Shown piece by piece: positions 13,043 through 27,073 of a DNA stretch of 64,000 nucleotides. The notes below the pieces were generated by a model that saw only the letters and a program-made list of their open reading frames with translations, had not been told where the DNA came from and did not search any database. The translations under genes and the position numbers were made by a program. Each line of letters opens with the position of its first letter. Position 1 is the stretch's first letter. The stretch comes from Octopus bimaculoides (lineage: Eukaryota): the NCBI RefSeq assembly GCF_001194135.2, contig NC_068988.1, positions 20,730,800-20,794,799 of the forward strand. Reading direction: 5' to 3'.

Positions 13043-14345
13043 CTATGTAAATATTCATATTTACACAACCATCTACAATGGAAAGAAAACATAAATGCAT
13101 TAACCTATGCGTTAAAAAAAAAAAGAGCTAAAAAAAATGAACACGGCAAAAATCTATACATCTTTGTGTCCTTATGATCAACATTTTATCCCAATAGCAC
13201 TAAAGGTTTTGTCTCAAATACAGTGGTTATGTATATCAAACACATTTCCTACGTTTGAGCTGGCTGCTTTTCCTAAAACCAAACCTTTTAAACAAGAAGG
13301 GCACAGGGAACTTACTTATTCCTCATCAGGCAACAGGTGCAATATGCCATCTAGAAATTTCAGAGAAGTCATCAACATGCATGCACATGCACACACACAC
13401 ACACGCACAATGTACAGTATTTCTCCCAAGTTCTCTATAGTAAGATTCAAATAAAGGAGATGCATGAAAAGTGAAATGTTATATAGTAGAGAATGGAGAC
13501 AAGTAGAGATTGGGGGAAAATGAGAAAGCATGGTACACTAGGTTCACAAAGTTAACTTAAAACTGAATTAAATATGAAATAAAAACAGAGTTCAAGTATG
13601 GTCTCTCAACAAATAATGTCAAGAAAAGTTATAAACAGTAAAAAGCATTTACATAGGGACATTACATAGATACTGTCATCTACTGTAATAATACACTTGT
13701 GTTTTTCTCCATCACAGCATATGAATGAGAAAGGAAATGGTGATAGATGACTAAGGAAGGAAGGGGTGATGGTAAACTGGTGAGATGGTGAACATTCAAT
13801 GCTTAAGAGAAAAATCAAACAGCATTTCAACTCTGTGTGAGCATATGTGTGTATGTGTACAAGGGATGTGAATGTGTGTGAACATTGACAAGTGTATTAA
13901 TTTGATTTACCATCCCTATTTATATATAAAATACTACAATTAGCTGCCATTTTTGATGGCATGGGGGCCAGCTAGTATAGTATAAATTATAGAGGACAAA
14001 ATAATTGAGATGAGAGTTCCGTTTCTAGATTGTGGAAAATAACTAGCAAAATAAGGTTAAATCAAGATGTAACTAAGACAAAATTGAGATTGTTGTGTCT
14101 TCGCAGATAAGGTCACACTGAATCAACACATATAAAAAGAACTGAGTGTTATAAACCAGTCCTACCCATGGAACAATAGACTTGAGAAGCAAAGCATGAT
14201 GCACCAAAATTTAAGGGGATTCGAAATATAGGGTTGCCGACATACAGTCAAATGCAAGAGATCTTAGTGTTATAAAATTTCAATTGACAACTGACAACGA
14301 ATCACAAACTCAACACTTGAAGTTAGCACCAGACAGCAGAAGACT

Positions 14346-14772
14346 ATCATCATCATTGATTTTGAACGTCCACATTTCAATGCTCATGTTGGTCAGAAAG
14401 AATTTGTTAAGGCAGCGTTTTCTATGGCCAAATGTTCTGCCTGCCACCAACTCTCCCCTGTTTCCAAATAAGGTAATGCTTCCCCTATGACCAGACATGT
14501 TTTCATGGAAGACTGAAAATGAAGGACACCATTTGCATGAGTGACAACTTGTTTACAATAGTCAAGTGATGTCAAGGCAAGGAGATACCAATATACATGC
14601 AAACACACATATACAGCAAGCTTTTTACAGTTTCTGTCTACTAAACCCACTCACAAGGTTTTGATTGACCTGCAGCTATAGTAGAGGACACTTGCATGTC
14701 ATGCCATGCATTGGAACAGACCCTCGAACCATGTGAGTGGGAAGCAAACTTTTTACCACACAGCCATGCATG
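14346..14772 (-). mobile_element. Composite SINE: family A head, a different body and an RTE-like (GAT)n tail
   Basis: Head similarity at 14630-14772, a distinct body at 14400-14590, and a tail matching the RTE 3' end. A related, internally deleted copy is at 57914-58264 (minus). Confidence 0.65.
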
Positions 14773-14784
14773 CAGCAATCGTGT

Positions 14785-14812
14785 GTGGTGTGTGTGTGTG
14801 TATATGTGTGAG

Positions 14813-14868
<56 letters not shown>

Positions 14869-14960
14869 CTTCTTTCAGTTTCCATCTATCAAATCCAATT
14901 TTATATATGTGTGTGTGTGTGTGTTGTTCATACACCTGTCGTTGTCTTTCTGTAAATTTC

Positions 14961-15007
<47 letters not shown>

Positions 15008-15023
15008 CACATGTATATATGTA

Positions 15024-15116
<93 letters not shown>

Positions 15117-15272
15117 CNNNNNNNNNNNNNNNNNNNNNNNNNNNNNNNNNNNNNNNNNNNNNNNNNNNNNNNNNNNNNNNNNNNNNNNNNNNNNNNNNNN
15201 NNNNNNNNNNNNNNNNNNNNNNNNNNNNNNNNNNNNNNNNNNNNNNNNNNNNNNNNNNNNNNNNNNNNNNNN

Positions 15273-15350
<78 letters not shown>
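14785..15350. repeat. Compound (TG)/(GA)/(TA)/(CA) microsatellite block with a gap
   Basis: Directly visible. Near-identical (TA)n(CA)n-aaacc units on both sides of the gap suggest a local assembly duplication. Confidence 0.9.
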
Positions 15351-15351
<1 letters not shown>

Positions 15352-15850
15352 CAGATATGATGGTGATGATGATAAGAATAAGGATGACAGAAGAAAACCA
15401 ACTATTGAAATTTTATTGATTAAAAAACCTGAAGTGAAAGAGGGAGAAATAAGGCAGTGAAGTTGAGAGAAGAATGGTTGGAAAAAGAAGAAAGCTGATA
15501 TTTCAAAATGAGTAGATTGATAATAAATGAAATAGTTTGAGGGTATTTAGAATGGCAGAGTTCCAATGGATGTTGATAGTCTATTGATTGTAGTAGATCA
15601 ATAAGCAAGTACTGAGAAATAATAGTTTCAAGATATACTATCAACTACAAAGTAACAACTAGTATATTGAGATCACAGAGAAACAGTTGACATAAGGTAA
15701 GAATAAGGAACTATGTAAGAAAAGTCCGTATGTATGTAGGTGTGAAGATGACGAGGAGGCGAAGAGAGTATGTTAAGAAGTATGCACAAGGATGTGCGTG
15801 TGAGAGTTTGTTTTAACAAGAATAAGTAAGTGTGCATATAGATGAGCTTC

Positions 15851-15882
<32 letters not shown>

Positions 15883-16000
15883 TGCATGCACAAGCATACA
15901 GATGTACATTCAGAAGAGTGTGTGTGCGTGCATAAAAAAAAATGTGAACGTGGCAGTTTGTGTGAGAGTTAGGGGTATGTGCTTATGCATATGCAGCTGT

Positions 16001-16032
<32 letters not shown>

Positions 16033-16253
16033 TAGAGAGAGAGAGAGAGAGTACATGGATGTGTGAGTGCACATGCATGCAGTGTTATGTATAATTATTT
16101 GTGTATGTAAACTTATGTACAAGCAGAAAAAGATGCATGAGTATGTATGCATGTGTATGTGCATATGTGCTTCAACGAAGGATATTCATCCAATAATAGC
16201 AAAGTATAACAGTCTCTCTTGCTATTATAAAAGCCTTCTCAACAGTCACAGGC

Positions 16254-16296
<43 letters not shown>

Positions 16297-16315
16297 CATC
16301 ACTATTACTATTATT

Positions 16316-16966
16316 AAAGCAGTGAGCTAGTAAAATCACAAGTGTGTCCGACAAAATGCTTACCAGTATTTTGTCTGCGTCTCTGTTCTGAGTTGAAATC
16401 CTTCTGAGGTCAACTTTGTCTTTCATCCATTCGAAGTTGATAAAATAAGTACCAGCTGAGTACTGGGGTCACTGTAATCAACTAGCCCCCACCCCACCCC
16501 CCAAAAAAAATTTCAAGCCTCGTGCCTATAGTAGAAAGGATTATTGTTATCATTGTTATTATTATTATTATTGTGGAGGCACAATAGCCCAGTGTTTAGG
16601 GCAGCGGACTCATGGTCATAGGATCGTGGTTTCAATTCCCAGACTGGGCTTTGTGAATGTTTATTGACCAAAAACACCTAAAGTTCCTCGAGGCTCCGGC
16701 AGCCGGTAGTGGCGAACCCTGCTGTGCTCTTTCACCACAACTTTCTCTCTCTCTCTCTTACTTCCTGTTTCTGTTGTGCCTGTAATTCAAAGGGTCAGCC
16801 TTGTCACACTGTGTCACGCTGAATATCCCCGAGAACTACGTTAAGCGTACACGTGTCTGTGGAGTGCTCAGCCACTTGCACGTTAATTTCACGAGCAGGC
16901 TGTTCCGTTGATCGGTCAACTGGAACCCTTGACGTCGTAAGTGATGGAGTGCCAACAACAACAATA

Positions 16967-17000
<34 letters not shown>

Positions 17001-17340
17001 GATTATCATTATTATTATTAAAGCAGTCAGCTGGTAGAATTGTTAGCACATCAGACAAAACGCTTAGTGGCAATTTTCCAGCTCTTTACTTCCAGAGTTC
17101 AAATCATGCAGAGGCCAACTTTGCATTTCATCCTTACAGGGTCGATGAAATAAAGAAATAATCAATTACTGGGGTTGTTGTAAATAACTAACCACCCCCT
17201 GCTAAAATTGCTGGCCTTGTACCAAATTTTGAAACCATTATAAGCACAACTATCCACTGAAGTTGACTTTGCCTTTCATCCTTTCAGAATCAATAAAATA
17301 AATACTAGCTGAGCACTGGGGTCGATGTAATAGACCAGGC
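16316..17340 (+). mobile_element. SINE D cluster (16316-16550, 17019-17240, partial 17245-17340) with SINE B between the copies, on (ATT)n tracts
   Basis: The two main D copies each start right after (ATT)n (attattaaagcagt.agct.g). Confidence 0.8.
16573..16963 (+). mobile_element. SINE family B (tRNA-like head, CAA tail)
   Basis: Starts gtggaggcacaatagcccagtg and ends gagtgccaacaacaaca. Homologous to the copies at 33759 and 51970. Confidence 0.9.
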
Positions 17341-18113
17341 CTTCAACCTGTAGCAGAAGGGGATAATTATCCATTTGTGAGGTGTGTGTGGAACTTTCTT
17401 CAGCTTGCTTGAAGACAGGGTGAGAATATGGTGGGGGGAGGGGGCGGAACGTTAAGCTATATTCATATATTACCTGTGAAATTGTTCAGACAATGAAAAG
17501 TTTGCAACAAATAGAAAAGCAGACAGAGACAGACCACTATGGAAGCTTTGAGGATTTATAGTGGAAAACAGGAGAGTTGAACGAAAAGGGGGATGGTGTT
17601 AAAAAAGAGAAGTAAAATGGGAAGTAAATACATGAAGTGATAAATAGTAGTTAAAACAACATCAACAAAGTAGCATTCTTTTGAAGTAGCTTGGTAACCG
17701 GGGAAGAAAGGAAGAGCGAGCTACAGCAGCAACAGCACTAAACACTGTTAGAAAATCTCTCAGCTAACAAGGGCAGATAATTCAGGATGACCACCATCTT
17801 TTGTAGGCGACACGGATCACACTAATTGATTTCATTTCACTTGCATACAAACTTACAGCTTTGTATGGAATATGGTCTATTTCAACAGGTACTGGTACAT
17901 CACAGGGGCAGTTATATTCGGTGTTGTATTGTCTGCCAGTTTACTGCTTCATGGAAATAACAAATAACACTGATAAAAATTGTGAGCCTGTATATGCATA
18001 TACAGATGTATCTGAGGATATGAGTGTCTGCATGCATGTGTAAAAAATACACACACATGAGCATATATACATACTTACATACACACACACACACATGTGC
18101 ATATATACATACT

Positions 18114-18147
<34 letters not shown>

Positions 18148-18493
18148 TATGCATCTATACATACTTACACACACACATTTATGCATCTTGTACCCCTGAT
18201 ATAACTGTCTTTCAAATTACAGTAGTTGACCAATCTGCTGGACTCAACACTCACCAAAACATCCATTTAATCATTTAGCATTTAAACTGGCCATATCCAG
18301 CCAAAATATCCCACCTGTTTTGTGTTTAAACCAACCCATCCAGCTTCTCACACCTACGCTACAATGTCATTCTAGAACCAAACACTCGCATCATTAAAAT
18401 CCTGAAGCTACGAAATAATCTACGATTAACTTAAAACAATGCCAATAGATAAACACTGTGTTCAACAAAGTAGCCTGAATGCTAAAGGGTTAA

Positions 18494-19520
18494 AGCAATA
18501 ACAGATGCAGATTTTTCAGATGATGCTGCATTGTTATCAGATCTAGGTGAAGAAGGCCAGCAACTGTTGCTAAGAATAAAAATTGCAGCTACTCAAAGAT
18601 ACTTATATGTGAACAAGACAAATGCTGAGTTCACCTCTCTTGATCAGCTTCAACAGGTATCTTTATCGGAGGACACAAACTGAAAGAAGTGAAATATTTC
18701 CAGTATCTCAGTATCTGAATAACAAACATACATACTCAGGAAAGAATAGACAGCTCAAAATTAGTCAGCATCTAACAAAGCAACAGAAATCCATCCATCT
18801 TCTCTGCTCACTATTTCTAGGAGGATCACTTGATGGGGGGGGGGGGTAAAATCTCAAGCACCTCCTTCATAGAGTCCTATCAAATCAAACATCATTACGT
18901 TTTCCGGTGGATTCCCAAACATGGTCAACTGAAACTATCTCACTCGTGGGCTGCCGCTAGGTTTCTTGCTGGTTAGCTTGGCTTGAAGAATCCATTTGTT
19001 AGCTTGGCCTGAAGAATCCATTTTGTGATCCTTTCCTGCAGCTGTGACCTTTCAGTACAAAGGAGTAGTGACTTGACCAGGAGTCACTCTCTGATCTCTG
19101 AGCCATGCAAATCTAAAATGGGATCTGAAAAATTCTTCAGAACAACAACAGAGAGTGTGCTGATGTATGGTACTAAAACATGGTCTCTGACAAAACCCCA
19201 GGAAATCGATGGGACAGTGCCTTCACAAGATTACTATAAGCAACTCTCAACATGACATGGAGGAAACATAAAACCGTTATGGCAATCTAACTTCTAATAA
19301 CAACCATATTGCAACAATAATGATTAAAGTTTATAGGTGACTGTCAGAGAAGCCAAGATAAGACAGTATATCAGCTGTTGCTATGGAAGCCAACTCATAA
19401 AGACTGAGATGAAAAACCAACAACTACAAGACACAGGGATAAAACTGAAAAACCTGACTACTGTTAAGGTTGATACTACTAACTGGCAGTCACTTGTTGG
19501 AGCACCTAAGTTCATTCATG
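18494..19520 (+). mobile_element. Degenerate RTE-clade LINE reverse-transcriptase fragment
   Basis: ITDADFSDDAALLS at ~18498-18540 (YADD-equivalent motif) and FFRTTTESVLMYGTKTWSLTK at ~19130-19195. Interrupted. Confidence 0.75.
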
Positions 19521-19549
19521 AAAGAAGATGTACATGAATATAAACATAT

Positions 19550-19957
19550 AGGCGCAGGAGTGGCTGTGTGGTAAGTAGCTTGCTTACCAATCACATGGTT
19601 CCGGGTTCAATCCCACTGCGTGGCACCTTAGGCAAGTGTCTTCTACTATAGCCTTAGGCCGACCAAAGCCTTGTGAGTGGATCTGGTAGATGGAAACTGA
19701 AAGAAGCCCATTGTAAATATGTATATATATATCGGTATGTGTGCGTGTATATATGTTTGTGTGTCTGTGTTTGTCCCCCCAACATCGCTTGACAACCGAT
19801 GCTGGTGTGTTTACGTCCCCGTCACTTAGCGGTTCGGCATAAGAGACCGATAGAATATGTACTAGGCTTACAAAGAATAAGTCCTGGGGTCGATTTGCTC
19901 GACTAAAGGCGGTGCTCCAGCATGGCCACAGTCAAATGACTGAAACAAGTAAAAGAG
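19550..19957 (+). mobile_element. SINE family A, full length
   Basis: Complete head, short microsatellite and tail. Confidence 0.9.
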
Positions 19958-20289
19958 TATGCAATACACATGATGACAACGGCAATGATGACAACGGCAA
20001 TGATGACATTAGTATAGCATAAATTTAATATTGCTTACAATTGTTCCAGTAGCAGCCCATTACATATAAACCACATTACATATAAACAATTATGTGTGCT
20101 ACATGCATTACACAAGACCTGTATAAGTATGCATGGATCCAAATCGGTGAGAATTTTGCATAAGAAATATGTGAAAATTTTTCCCATATCTGGTCTTACA
20201 TAATACACATATGCAAACACAATATTTTTTCAACAGATGTAAACTCTCAATTAATTTGCTGTAACTCAGATGTACCATGTGCACACCGA

Positions 20290-20870
20290 TATAACATTAA
20301 AATCGATTTTGTTGACGATTAACACACCGTGTACCTAATATCTCACTAAGAGATATTTGTCTGTATTTGGGACACTGTATGTAGTGTCACTTGTTTTATT
20401 AAACTCGTCCGGTTTGTCCTATATAGTTCTCTCTACGTGCTGAATATGTCATTCCATAAATTCGACATTCGTTAATATTCTTTCCATTGACTTCAGCCAT
20501 CTTTTACTTTTTGTAATAATTACGCATTTGTAAACAAATGATTTATCCAAGTGTCCCTTTCTCAGTATCAGTTCATTTTGAAAAATAATGTTATACATTT
20601 CACTGTTTCAAAGATTTTGAGTGGAAACATGTGGTAATGCTTTCAATTCAGGTATATTATTTCATTTTGCTTGTTTTAGGACCCAAATATTGTCTTGCCT
20701 CATTGTAACCCAACATCAATCAAGAATGGTAAATAATGTCTGTGGATGAACGTATCTTTAAGTTCTTGAGGCTGATCTCATGAGTATTTATATTGGATAC
20801 AGCTGTGAATATTCTTTTGATTAAAATAATTGGAATATTTGTTCTAGTGTGTTTTGGGTGACATGAAGTA
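20290..20870 (-). mobile_element. Degenerate Penelope-like retroelement: RT C-terminus and GIY-YIG endonuclease relic
   Basis: Minus-strand pieces SCHPKHTRTNIPIILIKRIFTAVS (~20866-20795, PLE RT C-terminal motif) and CRIYGMTYSARRENYIGQTG (YIGQTG at 20425-20408, GIY-YIG). Contains stops and frameshifts. Confidence 0.75.
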
Positions 20871-20939
20871 AAAAGTAGACACTGTTTTTTGAGTTTGTAA
20901 ACTTCTAATATATGTTAATCTCAATGTGATTGTTGACAT

Positions 20940-21246
20940 AGGAGTGGCTGTGTGGTAAGTAACTTGCCTACCAACCACATGGTACTGGGTTCAGTCCCAC
21001 TGCGTGGCACCTTGGGCAAGTGTCTTCTACTATAGCCTTGGGCCAACCAAAGCCCTGAGTGGATCTGGTAGACGGAAACGGAAAGAAGCCCGTCGTATAT
21101 ATGTATGTATATATATATGTGTGTGTGTGTGTGTTTGTGTGTCTGTGTTTGTCCCCCCAACATTGCTTCACAACCGATGGTGGTGTTTACATCCCCGTAA
21201 TCTAGTGGCTCAGCAAAAGAAACCGATAGAATAAGTACTAGGCTTA
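20940..21246 (+). mobile_element. SINE family A lacking its 3' third
   Basis: Homology stops after gatagaataagtactaggctta. Confidence 0.85.
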
Positions 21247-21323
21247 CTGGCATGGATGAGATGAATATATTATTGAGACACTGTTTGATAGCCGGATACT
21301 CTTCCTGTCACTAACCTTGAAAT

Positions 21324-21356
<33 letters not shown>

Positions 21357-21708
21357 NNNNNNNNNNNNNNNNNNNNNNNNNNNNNNNNNNNNNNNNNNNN
21401 NNNNNNNNNNNNNNNNNNNNNNNNNNNNNNNNNNNNNNNNNNNNNNNNNNNNNNNNNNNNNNNNNNNNNNNNNNNNNNNNNNNNNNNNNNTATACATATG
21501 TTTATAGACATTATCATCATCATGTAATGTCCGCTTTCCGTGTTGGCATGGATTGGACAATTTGACAGGGACTGGCAAGCTGGAGAGCTGCAACAGGCCC
21601 CAGCCCAGTCATCTGTTTTGGCATGGTTCCTATGACTGAATGCACTTCTTAATGCCAACCATGAGTGCTTTTGTACGTGGTGCCAGCACAAATGCTTTTT
21701 ACATGGCA

Positions 21709-21743
<35 letters not shown>

Positions 21744-21945
21744 CTCTTCAAAACACCAGTGTTGAATGGTGGCAGCTGATGAAGGAAATGTTCTCTATGT
21801 GGCCTGTGTGTTTTCTGTACTTGTTTATCATTTTGTCTACATTTTGTTTGCAATGTCCTCTGCCCAGATATGCATCTATATATACAAGTAGATGTAAGTA
21901 TGTACATACATGTATGTATATATGCATATACTCATTTATTATTTG

Positions 21946-22011
<66 letters not shown>

Positions 22012-23004
22012 GCACATACACACAGACACACACATACACACCATCACCACCACCACCAATATACCTCACCCAACTCAGAGAGAGAACCAGAGTTTCAAAA
22101 AAAGAACTCTTCCAGCTCTCTCAGCTATTCTTACCCTTTCTTTTCAATACAAATATCTTCTTTCAGGTACCAATCACTTCCCCTAATGACACCCACTCAG
22201 CCGCCAACTAACTCTATTTTCAACTTGTTTTTTTTGTTTTAATACTCTTCCTCTTCACTGTGTGTGTGAATGCGTGCACGCACATGTGTGTGTACACACA
22301 TGTATATTTTCTGGAATTTGACTACTTCTTTTAATGAATTGTTTATTCCAAAAAATATCATCTTTATCCCCAAAGAAAACATTGCTCACTCATTGGTTGG
22401 TTGGTTGGATTACGAAGGTGTAGTTTCTTTTATATTTTCATTGCTTCTATGTCACTGAAAAAAGGCTTGCAATAACATGGATAGCAGCAGTTCATCAGAC
22501 ATGGTACAGCATCCTGATTAATACCTTGCAGTATTTAGTTTCATTGGCTCCTACCTTCTGAGTTCAGACCTCTTCGAGATTGTTTGCTTTCACTTCTACA
22601 GTAAAGTAACATGACCTAATGTTAAATTTGAATGAAAGATTGTTATCTTAGAACACTGGTTGCAAACAGCTGACACCCTATTACATTCTCCAACAATCGT
22701 TCTAATTTAGGAACACCACCAACAATTTGAGAAAAGGAGATTAGTTGAAACCATGAACCTCAGTACTTGACTGGCACTTTATTTTGTTGATCCCGAAAGG
22801 ATGAAAAACAAAGTTAACTTCAACAGGATTTGAACTCAGAATGTAAAAAAAAAACAGAACTAAATACCATGAGGTACTTCTGCCATTTCACTGCTCTTAA
22901 CAATTTCTAACATGGGCATAAGTCTCAACATCTAGGGAAAGAGGTCGGTGAATTACATCTGCTCCTCCTCCCCCATACTAATTATACATAAAATATAATG
23001 ATGA

Positions 23005-23602
23005 AGGAAATGAAGTGGGTATGTTTTGCTGGATGTGCAATGTCGGTGTGCATGTACGACAGTGTGTGAGCATCTCGAGGGAAAAGTTGGGCATAAGAGG
23101 CATCAGATGTGGTGTTCAAGAGAGACGATTGTGCTGGTATGACCATGTGATGTATATGGATGAAGACAGCTGTGTAAAGAAGTTCTGATCTCTAAATGTG
23201 GCGGGAACCTGTGGGAGAGATAAACCCAGGAAGACACAGAACAAGATGGCAAAGCATGATCTTCAAACAATGGGCCCCATGGAGGCAATGACAAGTGACC
23301 GAGACCTATGGTGATATGTCATGCTTGAGAAGACCCATCAAATCAAATGAAATCGTAGTCATGGCTGATGCTGGTGTCATGTGACTGGCACTTATGCTGA
23401 TGGTACATAAAAGCACCCAAGCTGATGGTAGGTTAAAAGCACCCATTACACCCTTGGAGTAGATTGTATTAGGAAGGGCATCCAGTTATAGAAACCATGC
23501 CAAACCAGACTAGAACTTGGTGCAGCTCTCCGGCTTGCCAGTTCCAGTCAAAGCATCTAACCCATGCCGGTATGGAAAGCAGACATGAAATGATGATGAT
23601 GA
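23005..23602 (+). mobile_element. 5'-truncated RTE-clade LINE 3' end with (GAT)n tail
   Basis: RNEVGMFCWMCNV...REKLGIRGIRCGVQERRL.WYDHVM.MDEDSCVKK...TCGRDKPRKT, continuing into a 3' UTR that ends ccatgccggtatggaaagcagacatgaaatgatgatgatg. Confidence 0.8.
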
Positions 23603-23894
23603 ACGATTTACTTCACCTGATAATTGTCTATATAAGAGACTGCACCATTCATGTCTTTCCCAGCCTATTTCAGCAAAGGGGAAACAAATTATATATGATA
23701 TGTGAATGATGGCAACATTGATGATAGTCAGAGTAATAAAATAAAAAAAGTACTGATAATGACAAAGAGGAATATTGACAGTGAAGTGAAAAGGCTACTA
23801 CCAAGGATAACATTAGTCAATAGATGAGATTTATGAGGAGCTCACTTCTTTTATAATCCTCCACTGCCAAACACAGCGATATTAAAATCTAAAT

Positions 23895-24103
23895 ACAGTC
23901 AGTGGCTTATGGCCATGCTGGGGGACACTGCTTTGAAGAGTTTTAGCTGAACAGATTGACCCCAGTATTCATTTCTAAGTCTGATATTTATTCTATTGGT
24001 CTCTTTTGCCAAACCACTAAGTAACAGATGTAAAACAAACCAACACTGATTGCCAAGCACTGGTGGTGAAACAAATACAGCACAAAGACACACATAGATG
24101 TGT

Positions 24104-24134
<31 letters not shown>

Positions 24135-24285
24135 CATGCGCAGTTTCTGTTAACTAAATTCACTCACAAGGCAATGGTCAGCTCAGAGTATAGTAGAAGG
24201 CACTTACCCAAGTTACAGGACAGTGAGACTGAACCCGAAACCACATGGTTGGAAAATAAGCTTCTTAACCACAAACCCATACCTT
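23895..24285 (-). mobile_element. Old, diverged SINE family A copy
   Basis: Reverse-complement similarity to the tail, body, (GT)n and head. Confidence 0.7.
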
Positions 24286-25527
24286 TATTTTGAAATATAC
24301 TTGTTAACTAATTCTGGAGAAGCTTTTTTTAAGAAGCACAGTCTTAATAGAGGGCACATTACCTGTTTGAACTATGACTAATCAACCGAAGACAAGATGC
24401 CAAGCATGCTTACTTTGCTGAGAAGTTAAGAAAGGAGATTTAACAATAAAAACAATTTGTGCAAATATTGAAATTTGCAGAACTACACAACCTATATCAG
24501 AATCTAAGATTTTTCATAAATGGCTGGAGAAACATTTTTAAGTTCTTTGTCTCTAAAAAGGAATGGATGGAGTAGAAGTGAAATAACTAAATAATAAGTC
24601 TAACATAACAGATTAGCAACAATGTTGAGAAAGAGAGAGAGAGAGAGAGAATTTCATCAAGGACAAAATGAGACTTTAAAATGCTAAGCGCCAAATTCCC
24701 AGAGGAAGGCACAACAGTTAAAGAAATTAAGTGAGCAGGGAAAATAAAAATATTTAAAAAATATATAGAATTTTATGAAACAATAAATAACATGACATAT
24801 GTTTAAAGATAAGATTTTTTTTTTTTTCAAATTGGCTGTGTGCCAGTCAAGAACATTCTTGCAAACTTATTTTATCATATATGAGATAAAAGAATATTCA
24901 AGACTGAAATGTGCAGTTTCAAAGACGCTTTTTATGTTTAAAATTTCTTCCTTGCATAGGCTGTGAGTAGAACATTGGACCATCTAAACATTGGTAAACA
25001 ATGAAATAGTTGTAGTCATTCACAGCAGATATGGTTGTCGAAAGTTTTGATAACCAATTTATAAATTAACTTATTCAGGCAAGATGAAAAATTATGCTGA
25101 CCTTGAAAAAATTTGGGCTGAACATGACCGACTTAATTATACCATCTAAATATCTTGACTAACAAATAGTCTCATTTTGGATTTTGTCACATCTCAGAAA
25201 TCTGTTTCGTATTCATATTTGGTTTGTAGAAACTTCTTTATAAGGCTCAATCATTATTCAGTGCTGCCATACAATTACGTTATACAGTCTACTAGAGTAG
25301 ATACATAACATAATCGAGCAACTATCCATGAATGACTGGTATGCTCAGTATATCTAATAAGACCAACCCACTCAGTATACCAAATACATTGTCTTACATT
25401 CAGCACACCAGACGTACCATGCTAATATATCAGACAATAGTGTTATCAATGATAAAATCAGTAAAGTGCCAGACAAATTGCCTTACACTATGTACTTAGT
25501 TACATCCCTTCATATTCCATGTAACAA

Positions 25528-25831
25528 TCATCATCATCATCATCATCATCGTTTAATGTCCGCTTTCCATGCTAGCATGAGTTGGACGATTTGACTAAGG
25601 ACTGGTGAACCAGATGGCTACACCAGGCTCCAATCTGATTTGGCAGAGTTTCTATAACTGGATGCCCTTCCCAATGCCAACCACTCTGAGAGTGTAGTGG
25701 GTGCTTTTACGTGCCACCGGCACGAAGGCCAGTCAGGCAGTACTGGCAACGGCCACGCTCAAAATGGTGTATTTTACGTACCACCTGCACAGGAGCCAGT
25801 CCGGCGGCACTGGCAACGATCTCGCTCGAAT
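25528..25831 (-). mobile_element. Family C copy
   Basis: Colinear with 7195-7488 and shares the same 5' end (gctcgaa). Confidence 0.85.
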
Positions 25832-27024
25832 CAATACATTAAACAAATCATGGTACATTCCTTACAGAGATCAGGCAAAAAAAAAATGTAAAAACTGTAA
25901 CCACCACATTTGGTAAAAGAAATTGCAGGGATTTTATTGAGCAATGTGTAGATAAAAAAAAAGCTGCAGATTTAAACTGGACATCAATGTAGTCTTCGAA
26001 GATTAGTGCAGTAACTGTTCAAGACAGACTCAGTACACATGACCTTAGATTTCTTTGGGTTTATTAGAGAGAATTGGTAACACAGCACATTGTGCGTTTG
26101 TGTAGGTCAGATGAGTGGAAAGTCTGTTGTCTGAATATTTTTCAGAACAGTTATTACTACAACAACTTACTATACCACAAGCTGTGATCCAAAGAATGTA
26201 AGTAAAAGCCATCAGTCTTATTAGTAAAGATTTAATCACAAGCATGCTATCAAAACTGGCCCACATATACTCTATCTCTTCTGTTTCTACTACAATGATC
26301 ATTCATCTTAGCAAATTACATACAGTCTTTGCACTGGTCAACTCAATGCACTTGGCCCTTCATTTTGCTATTCTTGTCTTACTACTCCAAACTAGAACAT
26401 TTTTTTTTTTAATCCTTTTTTTTTCACTTTCCAGAACTAAATCCTCTTTGAAATCCCCATTACTCACCCTTCTCTTACAGACATCAACCACAAAGAACAT
26501 AACTATTTATCTGACTAATTGTAAGGCTTACAATGGCAATGCTCTGCTCCTCAAAATTTTTTTAAATTAATTTATTAATTTTTAAGATGCTGATAAAATA
26601 ATCTTTCTTTTGTTTTTTTCCGTTCTCACATTTCTAAAGCTAATATTATCCCCATCAGCTCAAATTTTGCTAACTTTTAAATTTAACTGTTCCCAATAAA
26701 GGAAGAGCTCTACCTGATACATTTGCTGGTTTTACGAATGACACTTATGTTCCTAGATATTTGCTTTATACTTATCCAAATTACATTTTTATGAAACATT
26801 CAAAGACATCAGTTCCTTGCAATCACTCTCACACAGATCTTAATGAACTGCTCCAATTTTTCAGATCACTCTTTTGGATCATTTTCCATTACAGTATGAA
26901 AGTAGATGTTGTGAATGACACTATCCTGACAAGTTTCTACCTCTCATAGTTTCATAGGAGATTAATGAAATTCAGTCACTGAAATCACTTTGAATCACCA
27001 CCACCACCACCACCACCACCACCA

Positions 27025-27073
<49 letters not shown>

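Noticed and set aside
24365-24420. Minus-strand ctcAG...CAG/GTAATG pseudo-exon of about 55 nt
   Set aside because: Stops in all three frames and no supporting evidence. It cannot be distinguished from a chance pseudo-exon.
26146-26197. 52-nt plus-strand segment with tttttcAG and GTAAGT (could read QLLLQQLTIPQAVIQR) as an exon of a nested gene
   Set aside because: Weak polypyrimidine tract, no recognisable protein and no partner exons. Such site pairs are expected by chance in 64 kb. RNA-seq junction reads would be needed to revive it.
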